From: a virus
Reading direction: 5' to 3' (one strand)
DNA length: 64,000 nucleotides
IMG/VR virus record: IMGVR_UViG_3300043788_000023
Coordinates: 1-64,000 of that record
The notes below the pieces were generated by a model. It saw only the letters and a program-made list of their open reading frames with translations. It did not search any database and had not been told where the DNA came from. Each line of letters starts with the position of its first letter. Within the stretch, counting starts at the first letter, position 1. A program made the translations under genes and the position numbers. Below, piece after piece: positions 1 to 9,000 of this stretch.

Positions 1-370
1 CGCCTACTTTGAAATCAGAGCAGCCATGCCCGAAGAGTTCGTCCTGAGTTGCGTCAAGTTGGGACGGCGGGGTGGAGCCGTGCAGGACGCCGTTTGTTGC
101 AGCGGCGAGACCTGCGATGTAGTAAGCGTGCGGGGTTGAGCGGATGGCGGAAACTTTGTTGGCGACTTTTTCTGCACGGGTCGGTTTCGGAGGAGCCAGA
201 GGTTTCATCCTTGCGACCTCGGCGTTCATTTCTTGACCGGGAAACTTCGCGTCCAAGTCGTATTTCACTTTTACGTAAAATTTGTGTTCGGGCATCAGGT
301 CAATGACCCTACCTCGTCCGTAGCCTGAGACACCGTAGCGTTGGTCCAGCACAATGTCCGTTTTGATCAC
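1..370 (-). CDS. Hypothetical protein, partial (runs off the window edge)
   Basis: GTG at 370 preceded by GGAGG; frame is open to position 1 (MIKTDIVLDQRYGVSG...); sigma70-like promoter directly upstream. Not in the ORF track. Confidence 0.7.
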   Translation of the reverse strand, partial: MIKTDIVLDQRYGVSGYGRGRVIDLMPEHKFYVKVKYDLDAKFPGQEMNAEVARMKPLAPPKPTRAEKVANKVSAIRSTPHAYYIAGLAAATNGVLHGSTPPSQLDATQDELFGHGCSDFKVG

Positions 371-386
371 TGTCGCCTCCAGTCGT

Positions 387-416
387 AGTATACAGCCACC
401 AGCCCCCGAATGTCCA
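387..416 (-). promoter_or_regulatory. Sigma70-like promoter TGGACA-N18-TATACT
   Basis: Direct read; the same -35/-10 pair with GCTG before the -10 recurs at 62462-62491. Confidence 0.6.
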
Positions 417-479
417 CTTTTATTGGCTGTGTAATCAACGGCTTGCCACACGGTATTATACCACGAAACCGAGGAAGCT

Positions 480-499
480 GCTACCCGTCCCATGTATAG
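480..499 (+). promoter_or_regulatory. Putative phage late-promoter motif GCTACCCGTCCCATGTATAG
   Basis: One of about 12 similar intergenic 20-mers upstream of gene starts; 17/20 identical to the copy at 43555-43574. Confidence 0.55.
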
Positions 500-538
500 G
501 GGGCTGTCCGGGCGCACGCCCGGTTTTCCAACAAAACC

Positions 539-2596
539 ATGAAATCCGTCACCGCAGACAAGCTGCCGAATATGCACAGCACCGACTTCAACGGCATTCC
601 CATCGTCGTTGAATGGCCGAAGGGCAGCGTCCGTGTGGGCAAGCATGACGACGGCGAAAGCTGGAAGATGGACATGAAGTGCGACTACGGCTATATCCCG
701 AACACGGTAGACGCCGACGATGACGATCATGTGGACGTGTACATCGGACCCAACAAGGACTCCGAGTACGCTTACGTGATGGAGCAAATGAAAGACGGGC
801 ATTTTGACGAGTTCAAGATCATGCTCGGGTTTGACTCTCTTGAAGAAGCCGAGAAAATGTACTTGGAGCACATGTCCGAAGATCGGCTGGGAGAGATCAC
901 GGAAGTCCCCTTTACCGAGTTCCTCGCCACTGCCACGAAAGTGATGCCGGAAGCCAAAGAGCACGAGGAAAAAGTCCACGAAGAACGTGCCGAGAAGCAC
1001 GAGGAGAAGCGCCAAGCTGCCGCTAACGAGTGGGGCGATATGATCCCCGGCGCTGAAGAAACTATTGAAAAGCCCAATGTTGTGCCGGGACCCGCGGAAG
1101 GCGAATCGTGGTACCACGGCCGACGTGGGGAGCACACGTTTGACCCGAACCGCCCGGCGTTCTTTGCCCGTGAGCGTGAAGGGGCGGGATGGTATGCGCA
1201 CGAGCGTGGGCAGGACGATGCTGAGCCTACCATCGGGGAGTACAAGCTAGACATCAAGAAACCAGCCAGGCTGCGTGACCTCATGGCAGTGGTGAAGAAG
1301 CTTGGCGTCACAGACGCAGACATCCAGCAGCACAGCCAGTACGAAGGCGAAAACGACGTTGACTATTTGTACGTGCCCGAGGTGCGAGACGCCCTCAAGG
1401 CAGGCGGGTTTGACGGCTTCGTCGGCTGGGACACACTGTCCAACGGTGATTTGCAAATCGCCGTCCCGCTGAGCACCGGGCAGATCAAGCACATCAAATC
1501 GGTCACAGCAGACGAGAAGCTCTCTCTGATTGACGCTTTCGTCAAACTGTACAAGCACGAGTTTGAGTACTTCACAAAGGTTGCCGAAGAAGTCAATGAC
1601 CAGCTTGCCGACGCTCTGCAAGAGGCGGGCATCAAAGCCGCCCTGACCTTCCGTGCCAAGAAGCCCCGCAAGCTCAAAGCGAAGCTTCTCAACCGCAGCA
1701 AGAGCAAGAACTACCAGTCCTTCCAAGACATCTACAACGACATCGTTGACATGGCTGGTGTGCGTGTGGCGCTGTACCTACCCAACGACCGCACCGCAGT
1801 AGGGCAGATCATTGAAAAGCTGTTCACTCAAATGCGTGCCCCTAAGAACTTCCCCGAGGACAAGGCCCCGGAAGATTCCATCGGTTACATTGCTACGCAC
1901 TACCTCGTTAGACTGAAGCCAGAAACTCTTCACAAGGATGAATACCAATATGCAGACACCAACGTCGAAATTCAGGTCGCGTCCGTGCTCATGCACGCGT
2001 GGGCAGAAGTCACCCACGACCTCCTCTACAAGCCCGAAAAAGGAACCCTCACCTCCGAAGAAGTAGCAATGATTGACGACCTGAACCGGGTCGTGCAGGA
2101 AGGCGAGGGCGTGCTTGAGAAGCTACAACAGTCAGTGGAGAACCGCAGTCACGAGGACTTGCGCTTTGAACTTTCCGCTGCGCTGACCAAGCTGGCGAAG
2201 AGGTTGGAGACCCAGTCCAAGGGGCAGGCGACCCGCAGGATCACCGCTAGTGACATCAAGACCGTCGCCAAGCAGGCGTTTGAAGACCTCTACGCCTCAC
2301 TGACGCAATACATGCAGGACCTTGGCTGGAATCACGCAGGGCACGACGCTTGGTCAGACCCGGACAAACCACAGGAACAGATTCATGTGTTCCACGACGG
2401 CTGGGTGCATCGTGCATGGGACGAGATTAAGGGCAACGGCAGCACGACACAGGAGCTTCAGGAGTACCTCGGGAAGCGTGGTATAGACGAGGCGAAGCAC
2501 GAGCGCACGCTGGAGGATCAGCCTCCTCTGCCCGCACACGTGAGCTACCTGAAGGCCAAGCTCGCTTTGTGGAAGGCACACAGTAAACCGATCTAA
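539..2596 (+). CDS. Polyvalent protein: inorganic pyrophosphatase + ART-like + RelA/SpoT synthetase domains
   Basis: PPase motifs EWPKGS, DYGYIPNT, DHVDV, DEFKI; ART-like WYHG...AFFA; RelA/SpoT motifs RAK, DMAGVRV, GYIATHY, EIQVASVLMHAWAEVTHDLLYK. Confidence 0.85.
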   Translation: MKSVTADKLPNMHSTDFNGIPIVVEWPKGSVRVGKHDDGESWKMDMKCDYGYIPNTVDADDDDHVDVYIGPNKDSEYAYVMEQMKDGHFDEFKIMLGFDSLEEAEKMYLEHMSEDRLGEITEVPFTEFLATATKVMPEAKEHEEKVHEERAEKHEEKRQAAANEWGDMIPGAEETIEKPNVVPGPAEGESWYHGRRGEHTFDPNRPAFFAREREGAGWYAHERGQDDAEPTIGEYKLDIKKPARLRDLMAVVKKLGVTDADIQQHSQYEGENDVDYLYVPEVRDALKAGGFDGFVGWDTLSNGDLQIAVPLSTGQIKHIKSVTADEKLSLIDAFVKLYKHEFEYFTKVAEEVNDQLADALQEAGIKAALTFRAKKPRKLKAKLLNRSKSKNYQSFQDIYNDIVDMAGVRVALYLPNDRTAVGQIIEKLFTQMRAPKNFPEDKAPEDSIGYIATHYLVRLKPETLHKDEYQYADTNVEIQVASVLMHAWAEVTHDLLYKPEKGTLTSEEVAMIDDLNRVVQEGEGVLEKLQQSVENRSHEDLRFELSAALTKLAKRLETQSKGQATRRITASDIKTVAKQAFEDLYASLTQYMQDLGWNHAGHDAWSDPDKPQEQIHVFHDGWVHRAWDEIKGNGSTTQELQEYLGKRGIDEAKHERTLEDQPPLPAHVSYLKAKLALWKAHSKPI

Positions 2597-2607
2597 AAGG
2601 GGAACCA

Positions 2608-2982
2608 GTGAAGTCCGACCGTACCCTCCTCGGCTGGTATACGTACATCAACGAACGCTTCTTTGACGGCGTGTGCCCCGACCGGGTGTGCGTGCGCTGG
2701 GCTGACCCGGATGAGACGGAAAGCCGTACTTGGGAGACAAAGTACTTCGGCGAGGCTTCCGAGGCGCTGGACGACGAGTACCACGACTACCAGATCATCA
2801 TGAGCAAGCCCCTCAACAAGCAGTGGATCGTCCGAACCTCCACGTTAGTTCATGAAATGATTCATCTTGCGACCGGATTGAAGGACGACCACGGCCCGGC
2901 TTTTGAGCGCTGGCGGATCAAGCTTGGTGAGCGGGGTATCTTCAAGAAGCACGCCCTGCGCAAGGGCTACACCCTATTCTAA
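2608..2982 (+). CDS. SprT-like zincin metallopeptidase
   Basis: TLVHEMIH...HGPAF motif; N-terminal YINERFF typical of SprT-like proteins. Confidence 0.8.
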   Translation: MKSDRTLLGWYTYINERFFDGVCPDRVCVRWADPDETESRTWETKYFGEASEALDDEYHDYQIIMSKPLNKQWIVRTSTLVHEMIHLATGLKDDHGPAFERWRIKLGERGIFKKHALRKGYTLF

Positions 2983-3000
2983 CCCCTCCAAAACCTCCTG

Positions 3001-3020
3001 ACTTTTCCCCTTATAATCAG
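3001..3020 (+). promoter_or_regulatory. Putative late-promoter motif ACTTTTCCCCTTATAATCAG
   Basis: Fits the 20-nt motif and also contains TATAAT; ends 7 nt before ATG 3028. Confidence 0.45.
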
Positions 3021-3027
3021 AGGGGTT

Positions 3028-6000
3028 ATGAGCCTACTGGACAAAAAGACGGCGCGGCAGTACGACAACGCCTCCACCCAGATCAACGTGCCCCCGGAGA
3101 TCGCCGCTGAGATCACCCGTATCGGGAAGGAACTGATACCGGATGAGCACTTGGCGGGCGACGGCAGGGTTGAGGTCATCCACGTGACCATCAAGTACGG
3201 CGTGGAGCCAGACCAGAGCACTCTCCAGCAAACGATAGCCGGGTACAAATCCTTTGAGGTTTCACTGGGCAAGACCGTGGTGTTCCCAGATGCCGAGAGC
3301 GAGGGCGTCCCGGTCGTGATTGAAGTCCACGGGCACGAGTTTGACGCTCTCCACAAAGCAATCGCGGCAGCCATGGGCACCCTGCCCGACGAGTTCGCCT
3401 ACACCCCGCACATCACCGTCGCATACGTCGCACAGAAGGAAGCGCAGCACTACGCCGGGAAGGACAACTTCGTCGGCATGAAGTTCGTCGCCGATGCTGT
3501 GACCCTGTCCATGTTTGACGACGACAACCAAGTTGACGTCCCGCTGAAGACAGCAGCATCTCCCTCACAGGTGACGCCGGAAATCCCCGAGGTCACGCCA
3601 CAGTACCAGCAGGAGCCTGAAGAAGAGGAAGAAGTTCAACGTGACGAACCTGCTACGGAAGAGAAGCAGGAGAAGCGGAAGCCGAAGCTTCTCCAACCGA
3701 AGCAGCCTAAGCAGAAGGCACAACCGAAGCCGAAGAAGCCTCCTGTTGAGACTACGAACTTCAAGAAGTGGTTTGGCAAGTCACAGGTGCGTGACGAGAG
3801 CGGTAAGCCGATGGTGGTTTACCACGGCACGACGCATGACTTTGAGGCGTTTGACCCAAACACAGCGAACCCGGAAAATCACTACGGCAAGGCACTGTAC
3901 TTCACGTCGTCCAAGACGGATGTGGCCGAGAACTATGCTACAGAGTCAGGGCCAGACCTAACCAGCCGCATTGACAATCGTTCCGAGCGGATCATGCAGG
4001 AATGGGAAGACCAGTGGGACGACGTCAAGAATGATCTCGGTCTCGGAGACATTGAGGAGTTCCCAAGCTACAGCGAAGAAGGCTACGGACGGGTGCAGGA
4101 AAGAGCAAAGCAGGAAGCCAAGAGGGAAGTCGCTGGGCAAAGCAAGGGCATGACCATGCCCGTCTACCTCAGCCTCCAGAACCCAGTCGTCGTGCAGAAG
4201 CGTGGGGGTACTCAGTTCCAAATCAACATTGACGAGGATGGCAACGAGTCCGGCAACGGTCTTGATATGTACAACGCCATGCACTTGGTCGGGGGAAACT
4301 TTAATGCCGATGTGCAAGGGATGTGGGGAGCGCTATTTGAGAACACTGACGGCGACTTCAATGCTTGGGATTTTGAGAAGGTAGTTCGTGGGCGGGACGA
4401 CGTTGAAGACGACGAAGGCAATATGGCTCCGGGCAGCTTTATTGCTCAAGTGTATCAAGAAATGGGCTTTGATGGCATCATTCAATCCGCCTACGAAGCA
4501 TTCGGCCCGCAGTCTCTCGGGCCTGGTTACGGTCAGACCAAGGGTATGACGATGGATGAGGACACCAAGCATTACATCCTCTGGGACCCAACCAAGATCA
4601 AGAGCGCTATCGGCAACCCCGGCAAGTTTGATCCGAAGAATCCGAGCATCACTGCCGGAAATCGTTCAGGCACAATCAACCAAGAGTTCTTAGCGACACT
4701 CAGCTACCGGGATTTTCCGCAGGGTGATGGGGGTACGGCTTATGCCGAGGATCGTGACGGCAGAGTCGTAGGGAGCGTAACCTATAGGCTGACGGGCGTA
4801 CGTTGGATCAACATCATTCTAACCGATGTGGATGCGAAAATTCTAGGCAACGGTGTCCTGTACGGGTTGTTCAAGTTCCTAGAGAAGGAATATGACCCGG
4901 CTCACGTTGTACTCTCAGACAAGATAAGGTCAAGACTAGCACGTGACTCAGGGATTATGTCCATGACTCCGGGTACCCCACGCAGGGCAGCCGTGACTGG
5001 CAAGCAAGTCCCTTTGGACGAGCTTCCGGGTGAGGTGAAGGCGGACTTCGTCGCGGAGATGGCAGAGCGCCTGAACAAGATCGGGTACAGGTTCCCGCAC
5101 GACCCCGACCGTGAAATAGACGAAGGAGACATCCAAGCCAACTTCTTTGGCATCGTAGACGAGCCGACGATCACCGTGTACGACGCTCCTGTTGAGAAGC
5201 TCTACAAGACATTCAACCGTAAGCCGAGCGAGGTTGCTGTTGCGAAGTACGTGGAGATGCTGAAGTCCGGCATGAACTTTGATCCCATCTTTGTGAACAA
5301 CGGCAAGTTCTACGACGGCGGGCATCGCCTTGAAGCCTACCACCAAGCTGGACGCAAGACCATCCCAGTCGCCGAGATAGGCCCGTACCTGAACGCACCG
5401 TTGGAATTCTGGCAGCGCTGGTTTGACAATGACCCAGATACGAAGATCGCCGCGATTGGCGACGACTATCATCAGTACGTAGGCTGGCTCCTACCTGATG
5501 GAAGTTTCCAGCCATTGCTCAAGGGTGAGAGCCACCGCCAAGGGGCTGTGCGCATCGGGATTTCCACCGACCCACAGAACATGACCGAGGCTTTTGATAG
5601 TGGAGCCGTGCGAGTCAGCGGTCACCAGTACACTGAACTGGAGTTCAAGGCACTGACGTCAAGCGCCATTTCCCTGCTCACGGACTTCATCCTCCAGAGC
5701 CGACAGAACGCCAAGGGCATCACCTTTGACTGGTTCCAGCCACGACGCAGGGAGCAGGAATTCCGCAGCGTGGACGACGCTCTGATGTTCCTTGACAACC
5801 CCCTCGCCGTCACGGCTTCCAAAGCCGCCGCTGGCGTGACAGGCGTGGGAGACCTCGGGCTGGCGAAGAAGATCATGCACGAACTTATGCCAGTGCTGGG
5901 CGTCCAGCTTCCCGAGCCGGAACTCAAGATCGTGAATTCACCACGCTCTAACTTCCTCGGGCGTGACATTTGGCCGACACGCTACGTGGAGAAGCCGTTC

Positions 6001-9000
6001 AGCCTGTCTTGGGACGACAATACAAGGGTGGAACTCCAGCGCTCCATCCTGAACGACGAAAATACGCTGCGCCGCGTCATTGCGCACGAGCTTTGTCACC
6101 ATGCCGACTTCTTGGTCAACGGCGTAGAGGAAGCCAAGAAAATTCACGACCTCTGGTCGCTGAAACGGTTCAACAGCAGTGATGGGCACGGAGCGCCGTG
6201 GAAGCAGTTCGCGCAGAAGTTCAACGCCAAGTACGGAGCAGACTTCGTTACCAAGAAGTCCGATGAGTCGTACGTGACAGAAGACATAGAACTGAAGCCG
6301 TTCCACATCCTGTTGGAACGTAGCTACGACGGCACGTTGGGCTACGAAGTCTCATCCCGTCTGTCGCCCAAGCAAAAGCGGTACTTGGACAGGCTGGCGC
6401 AGAGGCAGGGCAAAGAGGGTGAGTATCAGAACCGCATCATCATGACCAGCGACCGTGACTGGTTGAATGGTCCGCTCATCGGTTCCTTCTACCACGCACG
6501 CCCGAAAGAGCCAGAAAAGCAGAAGAAGCTTGAAGAACTTTGGGCGAAGGGTCAGGCACCGCAGCCCACGGGCGCGGCGAAAGAACAGGATGAGATTTTG
6601 AACAAGATGAGGCAAGTGCCTTGGCTCAACCAGAGGAAGTCCTCTCTGCTGACCAAGATGGCGGACGGCGGGGACGAAGTGGTTTGGGAATACGCCCAAG
6701 CCATGAAAGACCCCGAGAAGAATAAGAATTACCGCCAGAAGTGGGACGTGGTGCCAGCCGCACGCCTGAAAAAAATCTGGACGGACTATGCGAACTTGGG
6801 CTTCGTGCGTGACGAGGCTGGGATGCGCAGAATCGCAGGTCAAGTCCTTGACAACATCTGGAAGCTTCAAACGAACACGATCCTCACCGGGCACACGGAA
6901 GAAAGCCCGTCGCGCTACGGTTCCGAGATTCTCGGGCAGGAGTTGCCGGAAGACTACTTTGATCAGCTTGAAAGCTTCTTTGAGGATGATCGCGGATCAT
7001 GGCGCATCAGCGACTACGGCTTGGACTCGTTGCTTGGCATCGCGTACAAGCTTGAGGGCGAGGATAACGCCGAGAAGCAACTTCAGTTGGTTGACCGGGC
7101 GCTGCAAGTGACGCATCCGCGCAGCGACCTCGCAAACTGGTTCGTTGAGGGCGGAAGCTCCGCCTTGAGCCAACTATTCCATGGGATGCCGCTGACCGAG
7201 TTGGAGAAGGGACGCAAGCAGGGAGCCGCGCCGCAGCTTGAGGACTTGGAACAAGCCGTCACTGACAGCCGTTCCACCTCACTGCCCCAGATTCAGCAGT
7301 TGCCACACGGCGTGTCCAAGGAGTACGACCGCGTGCGCTGGGTCTACCAGCAGTTCCTTGACGCTCGTGTCCAGTCAATGTCGTGGCAGGACTTCCAGAA
7401 GAAATTCCCGAAGGAACGGAACTCTCCGCTGTTCACCAAGGTGCGCCAGAACCGTCCGAAGATTACGACCGAGGACATGGAACGCTGGATGGACGAGTTT
7501 GACGCCAAGGCGAAGGAGTACCAGAACTACGAGATTGAGCACGATACGTACAAGGACAAGGCTACGTCCTTCCGCGACGTGGAGCAGCTTGTCCTGAAAA
7601 TCAATCAGTCCGCCAGCGCAAGAGAGATCATCGGCGAAGACCCGATGCTGACGGAATTCCTCGGTCAGATCGCGCAAGGCAGCCAGCAGTCCGGGCACCC
7701 GGTGAGTGCGAATACCGTGGGCTGGCTGCGTGTGGACTTCATTGACGACGACTGGCTGTTGGTGGACGAGGTGCAGTCCGACTTGGTAAACGCCATGGAA
7801 CTCGGGAAGAAGTTCGTCACCGAGCCGACGCTGGAATCCCTGATGTCTGGGTACAAGAGCGACACCGTGAAGCAGAAGATTCGGGACATGGGGGCGACGG
7901 AACAGTCGTTCCAGATGTCCAAACGGAACATGCTCAGCCGTGGCTACACAGTTGAGAAGCTGGATGAGATGAAGCAACAGCTTATCAATTTGTTCAAGGA
8001 CTGGGCGGAGTACGGCATCGCCAGCCTGATTGAGATCGCACGCCGCCACGGCATCAAGAACGTGGCTATCCACACAGGCGAGACTATCGCTAAGCGTGAT
8101 CCCGACCTTGAGGCAGACAAGGCGATCATGTACTACGACCAGCTTGCGAAGTCCTTCGGCTTTCAGAAGCAGATGCTTGACGTGGGCGAACTCAAGGGCA
8201 ACTTCTGGGTGCGCACAGCAAGCGAGAAGACCGCAGGTAAGCGTGACGAGGCGGGCAGCAGCATGACGGTCGGCACCACAGACCCGAACTTCCCCATGCC
8301 AGTATTGATCCGCTGGGAACAGGGCATGCGCTGGCGTCAGGTGCTCAAGACTGTGAAAGCTGTCGTAGGCGAGATCGCCGGGCACAGAGTGGCGTGGCGT
8401 GACATCCACATCTGGGCATCCCTGTGGGCGAACCGTGAGGAACAGGAAAAGGGCTGGGCTGAGCAGAAAACGAAAGGCAAGTACATCATGTACGACATCC
8501 TGCACAACGGGACGTTCGTCAGCGTGGGTAAGCCAATCGCAGCGCCTCTGGGCGAGGGGATCATAGAAGCCTCGCACAAGGAGACGCCTCTCAGCGACAC
8601 CACGTTCCACAATCCAGAGATCGGCGAGGAGACCAATGCTTACGCCGACATGGAGGAAAAGGTTGAGGGGGACGAGGAGTTCCCTGCTTTGGAGACGCTT
8701 GCTCCGCAGATGTTTGAGAAGGAAGGAGCCAAGTCACTTCAGGCACAACTCATGGCGCTGCGTCCTCAGATGGCGCAAGTGGCACAAGGAATCTACGACG
8801 ATTGGGACTCTGGCGGCTACCGTTCGTCGGAGGGCGGCGACATTGAATTCGGAGAGGGCGGCATCTGCGACTCCATAGCACGTGAGATCGGCGGTATCAT
8901 CGCAAGCAAGATCAGGGACGTTGAAGTCACAGACGGCGGGCAGGACGGCGACGACCACGCATGGACGATTGCTTACCGTGGGAAGGAAGTTTACGGCATT

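Noticed and set aside
7375-8610. Long antisense ORFs (also 13020-14000, 51543-52898, 26384-27235, 47527-48408)
   Set aside because: Shadow frames of GC-rich genes with biased codon use; no motifs or RBS.
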